Shown here: positions 49,050 to 63,199 of the stretch, one piece after another | How the letters are laid out: each line of letters begins with the position of its first letter | How positions within the stretch are numbered: position 1 is the first letter of the stretch | Assembly: GCA_951406725.2 (NCBI GenBank) | Contig: OX597822.1 | Location: 26,598,001-26,662,000, forward strand | Direction of reading: 5' to 3' | DNA length: 64,000 bases | From: Octopus vulgaris | Lineage: Eukaryota | Program-made: the position numbers and the translations under genes | Notes under the pieces: generated by a model | What the model was told of the DNA's origin: nothing | What the model saw: only the letters and a program-made list of their open reading frames with translations | The model's database searches: none

Positions 49050-50445
49050 GCTAGTGTCACATTTTTTGACTCGATTCTGGCATCATAATTTTGGAGTCAC
49101 TGTTGTTCATGTAGCTTTACATTCACTGCCTGATCCAGAGCCTTAGACTTGCAAATCATTAGCTGTTGCAGATATCTAAAAAAGTATGAAGACAGTAAAA
49201 ATTAACTGCTCCTCAGAGTGTGTGCTACACACTTTATATGCTTGCCTGGCTCATAACTAATGCATTGTGAGCTCATATCCACTCTACCAACATTATATTG
49301 TTAGTAGCTGACAGGGGACAAAGCTTTTGCTGGCTCTGAAAAGAAAATCCAGCCTTTGGAAAACAGTCTTTGCTATATCAAAGATGTGCATTCTGCAAGA
49401 GAGACGAGGATAAGGTCTAGTATTAGAAGTGATCATGAAGGTTTTAGTTGTATCAGGATAAAGTGCCATTATGTTTTCTTGATGCATACAGAAATGGTAA
49501 TTTCTGTTGAGAAAACTAGATTTGCATAACCCTTTGGAAGAAATTTTCTAGTTTTTTGTTTATGCAATCAATGCCTTTTTAGTATGAGATATCTATATTG
49601 CATGTGGATGATGCTTGGGTGTAGCAGTTTGGGAGAGAATATTCTATATTGGAGTGAGTGTTGTAACTTGATGGCATGTAGGTCATAGTTTTATAGATAG
49701 AAAAGTGTGAGGGATAAAACCAAACTGTAGGGCTTATTGTAGTATGTATCAGAGAGAGCTTCATCAGGAAATTCTGTGACAGTTCAATCTGACAAGAAGC
49801 CACCAATTCATATGGATAAACAGAGCTCACAGGTTGGTAGTTTTGACAGAAAATTCATCTGGCAGAAACTGGTTGAAGACTTTGCTGATGTTTCATCAAA
49901 TTTCTTAAGGGTAAGAGTCCACTGGAGAATGATATTGTTGTGCAGATCTTTAGTAGACTTAGCTGTATGGAATTTATACCTATTTCTTTATTACCCACAA
50001 GGGGCTAAACATAGAGGGGACAAACAAGGACAGACATAGGTATTAAGTAGATTACATCGCCTCCAGTGCGTAACTGGTACTTAATTTATCGACCCCGAAA
50101 GGATGAAAGGCAAAGTTGACCTCGGCAGAATTTGAACTCACAACATAACGGCAGACGAAATACCGCTAAGCATCTCGCCCGGCGTGCTACCCTTTCTGTC
50201 AGCTCACCGCCATTATGAAATTTATACCAGTGGTGATTATGGAAGAAGAGAGATTGAAATATTTGGATAAGTTGTTGTTAACGGTCATCTTCATCACCTT
50301 TGAGATGCTGGAAGAAGTGTGATTAAAACAGTAGTTTGGCAGGATCAGAAGTGTTGCTTATTTTAGAAATAGGATATATTGTAGTAGGTTTCCAAAGGTC
50401 AGGATGTATTTCGAGAGAGAGAGAAACTCAAGAAGCATGTGGTCT
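49050..50445 (-). mobile_element. Heavily decayed CR1-group LINE RT region, interrupted by SINE B
   Basis: HPDLWKPTTIYPISK..TSDPAN..SISKVM upstream and HIFDIAKT..QRL.FLFRA..F.P.QLLTI downstream; many frameshifts. Confidence 0.7.
49981..50213 (-). mobile_element. SINE family B with 15-bp TSD
   Basis: TATGGAATTTATACC (49966-49980) and TATGAAATTTATACC (50214-50228). Confidence 0.9.
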
Positions 50446-51139
50446 CTTAGAAGAATGTTGTCTGAGAAACACTGTCTGGAAGGAAAACAAAAGGTTATTG
50501 TTTGAATGCCTTTGATCATTGACAGCTTCATCAGAGCTGACTTGGCACTAAAGAACAATAATTGTAGCTGTAACCACATAAAGTTACAAAGGGGTGCTTC
50601 AGTACAAGTGACATTGTAATCGATTTTCTAACAACTGTTTGATATTTTATGATTTCTTTCTCTTGAGCAAAACCACTGAGACATCATATCGATATGTAGA
50701 TATGTTGAACAGTGCAACACTTTCATTACTTTCGTTCCCACTTCAATAATTATTTGCCTTAATAATGGAATTATTTAAAAAGCAAAGTGTCGAATTTTTT
50801 ATTTCATTACTACTCACTTTTGTTTATCTTTTGTATGAGACTATTGCAAGCGATAATTGTATTATAAGTTATTGATTAATCAATAATATTGTCTCCCCAC
50901 CGACTGCAAATCGATATAATTGCTTTAATCATTTATTAGTGCTATAATATCCATATTATGCTCGGCAACATTAAGCGGCATCGACCTCACTAGTCTTAGG
51001 GGAGCCTGCTATGGTCCTGGGCACAACACAAATTTTCCCTAAAAAAAGACCCCAAAAAACAAAAAAAAAAAACGTTGATAAGAATAATTAAGATTATCAA
51101 ATTTAAAAAATGATGATGATGACAATGGTGATACTGATA

Positions 51140-51341
51140 ATGAAATGCTTAGCAGCATTTTGTCTGTCCCTATGTTCTGAGTTCAGATTCTGCTGAGGTT
51201 GGCTTTGCCTTTCATCCTTTTGGGTTGATAAAGTAAGAACCAGCCAAGCACTGAAATTGATGTAATCGACTTATCCCTTCCCCCAAAATTGCTGGCCTTG
51301 TGCCAAAATTTGAAACCATCGTCATCATCATTATTATTATT

Positions 51342-51377
<36 letters not shown>

Positions 51378-51820
51378 AAGGCTGCGAATTGGCAGAATCG
51401 TTAGCACTCTGGGCGAAATGCTTAGTGGTATTTCATCTGCTGATACATTCTGAGTTTAAATTCTGCCTTTCATCCTTTCGAGGTCGATGAAATAAGAACC
51501 AGTTATGCATTGGGGGTTGATGTAATCAACTGTCCCCCTTCCCCACCCAAAAAATTTTCTAGGCCTTGTGCTTAAAGTAGAAATAATTGTTATTATTATA
51601 AAGGCTGTGATCTGGTTGAATCATTAGTACACTGGGTAAAATACTTTGTGGTATTTCATCTGACTTTACGTTCTGAGTTCAAATGCCGCTAGGATTGACT
51701 TTGCCTTTCATCCTTTTGGTGTCAATAAATTAAGTACCAGTGAAACACTGGGGTCAATGTTATCAAGTGGTCCCCTCCCCACAAATTTCAGGCCTTGTAC
51801 CTATAGTAGAAAGGATTACT
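51140..51820 (+). mobile_element. Three head-to-tail copies of SINE family B
   Basis: Core repeats at about 51205, 51465 and 51700, separated by (TTA)n tails. Confidence 0.8.
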
Positions 51821-52912
51821 GTTATTATGGTAATAACCATAATAATAATAACTATGGAATTTAAATTGGGAGACTTAAACCATGTTTAGATATTTGTAGA
51901 ATTTGTATGATACAGTTGAGTTGGTATTTTTTATGTTTTTCTTTTGATCTAGCTCTTATTAAAAGCTTTTTTTCCTTCTCTTTTTAAAAATTTTTCTTGT
52001 TCATTATAACTACAGTGTTGGAATAAATGTCTTGATGTTTTGAATATAATTTGATCAGCTTTGATCTGGCAGGACTTAATTGGAGCCAGAGACAAACCTG
52101 ACATGAATTAGCAATGCGTGATGCATGAGTTATGAGCCAGGCATTCTGAGATGGATGTAGCCATAAATAGATCATTGCAACCAACAGATGCTGCCACAAA
52201 ACTAGTTCTTGCAGATTTGTCACAATTTGTAGCTGGTCATTAGGGTAACTGTATGGACACATATGTTCACTAGCGGATCAAGCATGACTAAGAAAAACAA
52301 TACAAAACACGGTGATTTATAGAATACAAATAATTATTATTATTTCAGCAGCGTTTTTCATTTTTGTTGCATGCTTTTACAACAACACCAAGTGCAGCTG
52401 TGTGTACTAAGGCTACATGCAATATTTTGTTTAGTTTTTTTGTATTTTTTGTATTGTATTTAATGAAAGTAGTCTAAGAAATATCTGCCCTGCACCACCA
52501 CCCAGCTTTTTTTTTTTTTTTATCGTTCTCAAGGCCCCTATTATTGTAAAGTTGTTTGTGCTTTCAGTCCTTATTTTAGATGTTTCTGTTTTGGTTATTT
52601 ATATATTTGGATTGTTTCTACATTTTTCTTTCAGTAAAAGTCATTACCATGCCAAGCAAAATGCTTAGCAGCATCACATCTGCCAAATTTTGGCAAGGTC
52701 AGCTTTACCTCATTGTTGTGGAATCAATAAATTAAGTATTAATCAAGCACTAGGGTTGATGTAATCAACTAGTTCCCTCCCTCAAAATTTCAAGCCTTTT
52801 ACTTATATAATAGAAAGGATTTTTTTCAGAAACATATTGCTATTTGTTGGAATAGCTGTATGCTCATTAAGAGCCTGAACATTTTTCCTGTTTGTGTGAA
52901 TTACCATCTTAA

Positions 52913-53125
52913 CCCTTTCGTTACTGTATTTATTTTGAGATGCTCTGTGTTTCTTTCAATTACTTTATATATAACAAAGAATTTAGTAAAATAACTTAAG
53001 TTATCATTCAGCTAGTGTTAGGAACATAAATTGTGACTAAGGTTTGGTGGAAGATTTTAATTCAAAACTTATGATATTTGAACTCAGAGGCAGAGCCGGT
53101 TTCAGCTGGGTTGGTAATGAAAGGG
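52913..53125. mobile_element. piggyBac-like MITE
   Basis: TTAA on both sides; TIR CCCTTTCGTTAC / GTAATGAAAGGG; body matches 17902-18127. Confidence 0.82.
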
Positions 53126-54142
53126 TTAAAAGTGTTACCTCTTTGATCAAACTCTAGAATATTTTAATCACTTTTCTCTATACATTCTATACCACTCCTT
53201 CCAACTCTAACCATCTCTCACTTTCCCCATGCATTCTCGAAACATCTACACAGCCACCCTTCCTGTTCTTTTATCCCCGTGGCCCACTCTTGTAGAATGC
53301 AAGAAACCTCTCCCATTTTTGCCCCTTCTTTCATATATTAACCTTTCTTTACTGCAGTATCTCTCATTTCAAAGGAATTTTAGTCTTGCAAGTTGCATGG
53401 TGATCTCACTTGTGCTGGTACCACATAAAAACCATCCAGCACTCTGTAAAGTTGCTGGTGATGGAGAAACCACACCAGAGTAGCCATTGGGGCACAGTGC
53501 AGTTCTCTGACCTCACAACTTCTGACAAACCATCCAATCCATGCCAAAATGGAAGATAGATTTTAAAAGAGTATAATGATGGTAATGATGATGATTTAAT
53601 AATGCTGGCAGAGTTCCCTCAGTTTTGATGGAATCCCTTTGTTCTTCTACTGCTTACAATGTTGAAATGCTGCTCCCCATGGGGCCTAATTTATCATTTG
53701 TTGAGATCATTAGTTTTTGAGATTTGCCTTTGTTAATAACACAGCACATCTTTCTAAAGATTTGACTGCTATTTCTCACATGTCAAGAAGTCACTTTAAA
53801 GCTTTCTCATAGACTCATATATATGTGTGTTTGTGTGCATGTGCGTCTTTGCTTGTATGTATAGGTGTAAGCCTGTAAACAAAAGTATATGTGCATAAAT
53901 ATGTGTGAGCATGAATTGTTTTTCAGCTGGTGCTTTGTAGTATGAAGGAGATTTTGGCTACTATTTCTAGTTGGTTAGTGACCATGTAGTGGCTTTCTCA
54001 TTTGATCAGGTTTGTGTGTGTGCATTTGAGTGTACCTGGGTGCAGGCACATGGAAATGTGTTTACAAATACATAAAAGTGCACTTTATTGTTGTTCTTTA
54101 GCACCAAATCACTTCTAATTGAGGTGACCTATAATCATTGGC

Positions 54143-54362
54143 GCCGTTCGCCAGCCTCGTCTGGCACCTGTGTCGGTGGCACATAAAATCACCCACTACA
54201 CTCTCGGAGTGGTTGGCGTTAGGAAGGGCATCCAGCTGTAGAAACACTGCCAGATCTGACTGGCCTGGTGCAGCCTTCGGGCTCCCCAGACCCCAGTTGA
54301 ACCGTCCAACCCATGCTAGCATGGAAAACGGACGCTAAATGATGATGATGATGATGATGATG
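54143..54362 (+). mobile_element. Family C, 5'-truncated; the empty site is visible in the duplicate at 57.4 kb
   Basis: Inserted between CATTGGC and ATTCC. Confidence 0.88.
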
Positions 54363-55178
54363 ATTCCATTCATGGCCATCCTAATTTACTTTTCAGATAT
54401 AGTATATTTTGGACTACATTTTTCAATGAATCTGTCTTGGTTGATGATGATATGATGTAATTTAAGGGGAGTCTTAGCTGCTACTTCTAGCAAGTTATTT
54501 GACTACTAAGAGTCTTTGACTCATACATGTTTGTGTTGTTGTTGCTGTAATTTCCAGGTCATCCATGATTGAGCAAACCTATGATCAAAGGATTTCCATC
54601 TATGACCACCCTGTCTTTTCCCCCATTATCTAACATGTTATTTCGTAAGACAATAGGATGTAATTTGACAGATTTGATTACTATTTCTACCTGGTCAGTT
54701 GACTACTTGGGAAGCTTTCTTCTTTCACTAGTTTATGTGTGTGTATATATGTCAGATAGAATATAACTATCTACTTCTCAAGAAAATTTTTTAAAAATTA
54801 AAAAAATAATAAATAAATATAAAATTAAAAATTAAATAACCTATCCACATATCTGATCATATATTCAATAATAATCTTCACCGTGAATTATACATTCTTC
54901 TCTGGAGACAGTAATAGGGTTCTCCAGGGAACCAGTAATGATAAGGTGTTAACTTCCAAGTCTGAAAAATGACAGCTTAGCTATTAATTCAAATCATTGT
55001 TGGCATAATGTATTAGTTGTTCATCCTTGTTCTTATTCTTCTAGCGATCATCATCTCTTCATATTTCTTTCTTTTTGAATGAGTATGAGGTGGGGGAATG
55101 ATTCACTACCTAATCTAATAATGCTCTGTTTATATTTACCATAAGGAAAATAAAAAAAAAAGACACTGCTAATTTTGA

Positions 55179-55543
55179 TTGAAATGTTACTGAAAATTTT
55201 CCATAGCAATCAAAGTGCCACTAACTTGGGAGGTACAAGCCAATAAGGGGAAACTCTATGTGGTTTAGCATGGTGTGAGCATAAGACCAAAAAGGAAATT
55301 CATAGACACCTTCCAGTCTTCTCTATTACAGGTGTTCAATATTGGGTAGGCTTTGTTGGTTCTTGAAATGTTACTGAAAATTTTCCATAGCAGTCAAAGT
55401 GCCACTAACTTGGGAGGTACAAGCCAATAAGGGGAAACCCTATGTGGTTTAGCATGGCGTGAGCATAAGACCAAAAAGGAGATTCATAGACACCTTCCAG
55501 CCTTCTCTATTACAGGTGTTCAATATTGGATGGGCTTTGTTGA
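55179..55543. repeat. Tandem duplication, 184-bp unit, two copies
   Basis: TTGAAATGTTACTGAAAA at 55179 and 55363. Confidence 0.93.
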
Positions 55544-56489
55544 TTGTTGGTATTGTTCTGAATATGGGACCTTATTAGATATATCAACTTTCACAGCCTA
55601 ATAGAGGACAAAACTCAATTGTGTTACTGTTTAAAACAGGCAACATTAAAATGAGGGGACAGTTTCATCATTGTCATCATCATCATCATCATCATTGTCA
55701 TCATGTCTGTGTCTGAAGTTTGCTTTGCCACACTGGCATGGGGGTGGAGAGGGTCTGTGATAGTCTTTCATCATCTGATACACCAAAGAAAAAGGAAAAT
55801 GCATACCTTATTTGTTGTTTTGTACAACACCCTTTCACACTTGGATGCTTTCCCCTCTCACCAACCACTTTATGGCATGCTACCCCCCCCCCCACCCACA
55901 CACAGAGTTTTACATACATATTCTCACACCTATACATTCATTCACTCTACTCCACTCCTGAATGTTGTAGAGGGATATGTGTTATGTATTAGTAAAAGCT
56001 GCTCTAATGTGGTAATAAAAGCTATGTAACAGAATGTACAACAACAGAAAGATATCAAAGACAAAAGAGAAAAAGAAAAACCCATTACTTACTCTAATCA
56101 ACATTATTTTCACCACTATCTTCACCATCCCTATTTTATATTACAGAAGCCTAAGTACTAACTCAATAAAACTCCAGGGATTTCGTTGTAAAATAATTAT
56201 CTTAAAACACCCAAGTTGATTCTGTTGAGCAGGAGGCTTAAACACATTCTGAATTGAATTTGTAACCTGGTTTCAATTTACAGTGAGAACTCTTGCCATA
56301 AACAAAATACCATGGATGATATTGAGTAAAGCTTGAGCTTCACATGATCTCATTCTCTCTCTCTCTCTCTTTCTCTTTCTCATTTATTTAACATGTTAAA
56401 TGCCATGGCCTATTATTAGAACTTAATGGTGACACCATGTATTTAGTGCAGTCACACTGCATACTATTTAATTACAGGGAAATTTTTTT

Positions 56490-56674
56490 ATTTGTTTCAG
56501 TCATTTGACTGCAGCCATGCTGGAGCACCACTTTTAGTCGAACAAATCGACCCCAGGGCTTATTCTTTGTAAGCCTAGTACTTATTTATCGGTCTCTTTT
56601 ACCAAACTGCTAAGTTACAGGGATGTAAACACACTGACATTGGTTGTCAGGCGATGGTGGGGGGACAAACACAG

Positions 56675-56755
<81 letters not shown>

Positions 56756-56915
56756 CACCGGGCTTCTTTCAGTTTCCATCTACCAAATCCACTCACAAGT
56801 CTTTTGGTCGGCCCGAGGCTATAGTAGAAGACTCTTACCCAAGGTGCCACACAGTGGGACTGAACCTAGAATCATGTGGTTAGTAAGCAAGCTACTTACC
56901 ACACAGCCACTCCTG
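56490..56915 (-). mobile_element. SINE family A
   Basis: Reverse complement of 4812-5226. Confidence 0.88.
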
Positions 56916-57159
56916 CTGCAGCATTATAGATAGCCAAATGTAATTTTTTTTTTTTGCATTTTTACAATATTTCATAATTAAACTTTAATATTTAGCACTC
57001 ATGTTATTTAAATATCATGGAAACTGGATCAAAGATACAGAATAAAATATTTTCTCAAATTCTGAAAATAAACCAATGGTGGTGCATATGGAAGTTGTGT
57101 GAAGTTTGTGATGAACCATTGGTAGTAAAAAAAATAAATTTTACCTTTTTTAGTCATAC

Positions 57160-57614
57160 CAACTGATAAGGGCTAGTGTCCCTGTTTCTATGGCATATAA
57201 ATTCACCACCTGGACAGGACACTGGTCTGTCGCAAGGTAATTCATTTTTGCTGGTTGAGTGGACTGGAGCAACATGAAATAAAGTGCACCTGGGTGCAGG
57301 CACATGTAAATTTATTTACAAATGCATAAAAGTGCACTTTATTTTCGTTGTTTAGCTCCAGGTCACTTCTAATTGAGGTGACCTATAATCATTGGCATTC
57401 CATTTATGGCTATCCTAACTTACTTTCAGATATAGTATATTTTGGACTACATTTTTCAATGAATCTGCCTTGGTTGATGATGATATGGTGTGATGTAAGT
57501 GGAGTCTTAGCTGCTACTTCTCAAGAATGCAATGTGTTGCTTCATCCAGGAATTGAAACCACAATCTTACTATCATAAGTTAAACACTCAACCACTTAAG
57601 CTATGCACCTCCAC
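57160..57614 (-). mobile_element. SINE family E split by a templated insertion
   Basis: 57160-57286 and 57521-57614 match consecutive parts of 33145-33383. Confidence 0.7.
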
Positions 57615-57887
57615 AGGTGGTAGTTAACATGTTAAGGCCTCTTTGTCACAAACCAATATCATTTGTTCAATGCCTTTTCTTTTAATCTTCTATACATTCT
57701 CTCCCTCCTCTCCTTCCCTATTTCTCATTATTTCTTCTTCCTTTATCAGGTATTCTTCATTCTTCCACCCTTTTTTTTTCATTTCATGTTTACTCATTAT
57801 TTCTTATCCCTTTGTCTTGTATTCTTCTTCATTCTTCTGACAGCCCACCCTGTATGTCTGTCTGTCCGTCCGTCTGTTTGTCTGTCC

Positions 57888-57932
<45 letters not shown>

Positions 57933-58203
57933 CCACACACATATTGTCTTTCTCCCATTTTATCATGTACACTTGTCTATTCCCCACTCTTACTTTTCAC
58001 CTTTTATCAGGGAAGTTTTTCTATTCTGCCATTACTGCCTTTCTTTTTTCATCTATTTTGAGACTATAGTCCAACAGTTGAACTATTCATTACACTTCAA
58101 ATATTATATACATTTATATATAATGGACAAAAACAAATTTTTAGCTCAGCTGCTACAGTATTATAGATAGCCCAAAGCTGATGAATTGAAAGGTTCAGAG
58201 CAC

Positions 58204-58254
<51 letters not shown>

Positions 58255-58899
58255 GGTGTGTGTATATATATACACACACACAGACACACACACATCTTGC
58301 TTACTGGTTGCAAGACTGGAGAGGAGCTCATGTGATCAGGGATGGGGGGGGGCAATGGCTTGTTGGCAGGAGCAGACAGGGTTTGGGGAGGACTGAACAA
58401 ATAAGGGAAAGGAAAGAATATACATATATCATTATACAGGTATATACATCTGTGTGTGTGTGTAGGTATGTGTATGTGAGCATGTGTACTTGTGTGTGTG
58501 TGAATACATTTCCTGTTCCTGACTGGAGTTTTAGAATTTATTCTGACTGACTGCCCACCTGTTTGGTTGTAAAGTTGTACACAATCATTTTTTTTTCTTT
58601 TTAAAAGAAAACTTAGAATTTTGTTCTTTTTAGAATTCTATTCACATCCATTCTCCACCATTGAATTTTAAGATCTGTTAGATTTTTTTTTTATTGTAGG
58701 AGATTGTGTTATTGTCAGTAGTATATAAAATATGGAGTTATTTTCATTGACATTTCATTTAAGTTCAGCCATTCTTTGATCTGGGTAGTTTGGTACACAT
58801 CCTTGTTACTCCAATATTTATGGGTATAAAGGTGAAAGGGTATTTTAGGCACTGGATTTGCAGACTCCTCCTCAACAGCACATAAATGTTATTTCTCCC

Positions 58900-60370
58900 C
58901 TATTTATCTTACCACATTAATAGCAAGTGAATAGCTGACTTAGAAAATATATCTGATTAGTAACGTCAAGAATTTCTGTTTCATTTCCAACAACCTCAGC
59001 TGGTTCTTTCAATTCCTTGAAAATCTCATCAATAAATCAAAGACAGAATTTATTTCAAATGTCTTTCATATATTTATTTCTTCTGTAAAAAAAAAAGTTA
59101 CAGACTCAGTCTCCTTTTATTTCTACTTTTTTTTTTTACTGCATCCAAAATATTGAATGATTTTTCAAAATTCTTTTCATGTTGGTGCTACATGCTTCTG
59201 AATAGCATTTATTAAGTGATGAAATGTGTGCCAAAAGTAGAAGCAGCTTTAAATGTTGCAATAGTACTTTGATCCTTTGATTGCAAAAGTAATGTGTTTG
59301 GCAGCGTAAACATTAATTTAATGTTCAGATGGTGATGTTGTAAAGATTGTGGAAGATAAGTTGTAACACCTATGATTAGGAGCATGCATGAAATTATCTT
59401 TTATTTTTTTTTTTATTTCAGTCATTGAACTGTGGCTATGTTAAAGCACTGTCTTGAAGGGTTCAGTCAAACAAATCAACCCCAGTCGTTGTATCTCTAA
59501 TTTTAGTACTTATTCTGTCAGTCTCTTTTATTTAACTGCTAAGTTACAGGGATGTAAGAAACAAATCAACATCCACTGTCAAGTGATGGCGGTGGACAAA
59601 CTCACCAATATACATATACATACATGCATGCATACATACGCATACATGCACATATACATACATCCATACGCACACACACACACACACACACACATATATG
59701 TGTTGGTGGATTTTTGAATGAGTTCACATTTTCCTATGTCTTCACATGTGTTCACTGTTTGTGAATAACAGTTTCCTTATCCAATGCAGGCAATGTCCTT
59801 AGCTTTCAGTTAACCATGAAAACATATCCAGTTCTTCAAAAACAGTTGAGGGTTTACAACAGAAAGAGTATTTGGCTATAGGAAATTTATCTCAATAGAT
59901 TCTGTCCAACCCCTGCAAGCAGAGAAAAGTGGACTTTAAAATGATGATGATGTAACCATAATCTTCTATTATTTCTTCGAAAATATTTGGAAGCAAATTT
60001 ACTACTTTAATACCAGTACTTGCAGCTTCTCGTTGTACTTGTACCCTTTTCCAGTTAGGCTCACTTTTTGTATCTATAACCCTAGCCATTGCTTACAGGA
60101 AATATTTATTCACAATGACCTTCTTACATATCTTTAAGCATCTTAAAACTAGATATGGCTTTACTACAAATAGCAGTTTATGTAATAGACATGTTCGATA
60201 AATATTTCCTCTTGATAAAAGCTTTTCCATGCAAGGAATAAGACTGACCAGTTCTCTATCATGCACTTTCATTCATATATAGCAAAGTGTACTCACTTAA
60301 TATCATTCAAATGTTTTCGTAAATCCATTAAAGTTGTAGATACAGTTGACTGATACAAAGGAAATTTTGA
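58900..60370 (-). mobile_element. Decayed Tigger/pogo transposase, interrupted by SINEs
   Basis: MEKLL, KAISSFKMLK, REAAST...PNIFEEIIEDYGY and LLII...HLNIKLMFTLPNTLLLQSKDQSTIATFKA follow the pogo motif order GEAASAD, IIEExGY, LLILDN, FLPPNTTSLLQPMDQGVI. Confidence 0.75.
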
Positions 60371-61867
60371 AAGCTAAATCTTTATTGGTTCCTGTAGCGT
60401 TGTGTTCATTTGTGATTGTATATCTTGTTTCTGAAGTTATTGCTTTCCATTCATTCCTTATTATTATTAACATTTGTCTTTGTACAATCCTTTTATTTTG
60501 GATTTTCAGAATAAGGATTACTAAATTTATATTGTGTTTGCTAGTTATAGTTTGAAGCTAGAAAAGTTTCTCAGTTTGGGATGTCATACTTCTTGGTAAT
60601 GCTATAGATGGCATTTCTCAGCTTGACAAAGATGAAAAATATCTGATTCATTGAAATCATTTTTCAGATTAAAATTAGTTACACTTAAAAATAAGTTTGT
60701 TCTGTTAAGTGTATCTGGAACTCTACTGTTCTGCTTATGTAGAATTGATCCATATTTCTGTTGAAATACACTGCCTTTATTTCAATTAATTTTGAAAAAA
60801 AAAATTAAGAATTCAGTAAAATAATTTTGTCTTTTATTAAACTGGTGTTTGGAACATAAATTAACATGGAATTTTGATGGAAGAATTTAATTCAGATCAC
60901 TTTAAAACATGGAGTTTGTATCGTGGAACCAAGGGTGATTTCAGGTGGGTTGGTATCAAGGGGTTAAGAGATTATGACCAAGATCTGCATCCTTATTACA
61001 CAGGCAGTGACATTCTTGTGTGAATCTGGATTCAATTCTCCTTTGACAGTTAAGAAGAAACCTAGGCATTTCCTGAATCCACAGGCAGGTCTGTGGATTG
61101 CAATTAATATGTTAGGTCTATGCTTTGATAAACTCATGAAGGAGAAGCAAGAACAAAGAACTCTTTGAATTTTATGTTCACAATTGTAATTGATTTCACA
61201 GTTTTCAGTTTTTTTTCCCTACTAGCTTAATTTATATTTGCATTTTATGCACTGAGTCAAAAGATTATTTATCATGGTTCAATTTTAAAAAATTAGAAAA
61301 TTGGTTTTTTCATCTTCAGATATAGTTTTGTAGGGGGTGTAAAAATTATTGAACATTTCCTCAGGGTGCAGGATATAGAAAAGTTTGGGAACTTCTGAGA
61401 TAGAAGCAGCTGAAAAAATTATCCAACCAGTTAAAAAAACATAACTGTGAGAAGTGTATATCTTTAAATCTCTTTGTTACTAAATTTCGATTGAAATGCA
61501 CATCTTTGGTTTAAATAAATTTTGAAAATAACAAAAAATTTGATTGAATAAATTCCTTGTTATTAAGCTGATGTTTGGAACATAAATTAACAAGAAGTTT
61601 TAAGGGAAGATTTTTAATTAAAATCACTTCAAAACAAGAAGTTTGTATTGTGGGAACAAGGGTGGAGACAGGATTTGTATTATAGAACCAATGACCGTCA
61701 CAGACAGGTTTCATATCGAAAAGGTTGAAGAATTATTATAACAATAAATCAAAACATAGATTACTTTAAAAACCAAATAACATTATTTTAATAAGATGGT
61801 TTATCCTTTTAGAAAAGAGGTCGTATCTTGCAGTGTACTGAGGCTGATATACATGCATATATGCACA

Positions 61868-62254
61868 TGCCAGTGGTACGAAAAAAACACCATTTGAGTA
61901 TGATCATCACCTGCGTCGCCTTACTAGCACTTGTGCTAATGGCACGTGAAAAAACATTCAAGTGAGGTCATTGCCAGTGCTGCTGGACTGGCTCCTGTGC
62001 AGGTGGCACATAAAAAGCACCATTTGAGTGTGGTCTTTGCCAGTACTGCCTGATTGGCCCTCATGCCGGTGGCACATAAAAGCACCCACTACACTCTCAG
62101 AGTGGTTGGCATTAGGAAGGGCATCCAGCTGTAGAAACTCTGCCAGATCAGATTGGAGTCTGGTGCAGCCATCTGGTCCACCAGACCTCAATCAAATTGT
62201 CCAACCCATGCTAGCATGGAAAGCGGATATTAAACGATGATGATGATGATGATG
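61868..62254 (+). mobile_element. Family C
   Basis: Close to the 3' part of 6968-7533. Confidence 0.85.
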
Positions 62255-63001
62255 AGTTTACTCAAACTTTTTGAGATCACCTTATTACTTTGCATATCAA
62301 TAAATTATAGTTTTAAAACTATGAACTGAAAGTTGGTTTGTTTTCTCTTATAGTAAGAGAAACATGACTGAAGTGACCATTAAGGCCTGGTTCTGGATTA
62401 TTATTATAGGTTGTGAGCAACCAATCAGCCTCAGTGCTAAATTGACTGTAACAACTTCTGTAGCTGTTCTAAAATTGCCAAAAGTGATTAGTCTTTACAG
62501 TTATCAATCATTTTGCTATGGGGCATAATTAGATCATCTAATTAAAACAATAAAATCACTACTAATGGAATGGCTTGAATACACTACATTATTTTAAAAT
62601 TAACTAAATATACAGCTGCTGTCTAGGTGGTTATTTTTATTAGCTCTGTTATACTAAAATATGTTAGATCTAGCTAGAAATTAGCTAAGTTAACAAGCCT
62701 AATTGGAATGGTGAATTAATTCAGAAGTTGTAAGATAGAAGAGTAGTGGAGAATGTGAATATAGTATATGTGTGCAACGACAACATGTAAACTTAATAAA
62801 TGACCGAATAAGCACTCACATACACATCATCGAGACACATTGTGGTGATTAAACATTTAAAGCAGTTACTATGAATGTTTAGCATTATTTAGTGCAACTA
62901 AATTTTCAGCTTTAAGTTTTATTTTTTTAAATTTTTATATTAAGAGACATTTATTAAAGCAATAAATTGTTAAATGCAAGATTAAGTGAGGTATTAGTGG
63001 G

Positions 63002-63066
<65 letters not shown>

Positions 63067-63199
63067 GCATAAGCAAATGCATGTGCACATCAAAATGTGC
63101 ATATATGCATGTATACATATGGTTAAATGTATATACGTGTGTGGATATATATATATATATCAGCCTCAGTGCACTGCAAGATAGGATCCCTCTTCCAAA

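Noticed and set aside
62400-62800. Cluster of TAAT, ACAAT and GGAATG motifs suggesting an enhancer
   Set aside because: Short motifs are expected by chance in AT-rich DNA; conservation or chromatin data would be needed
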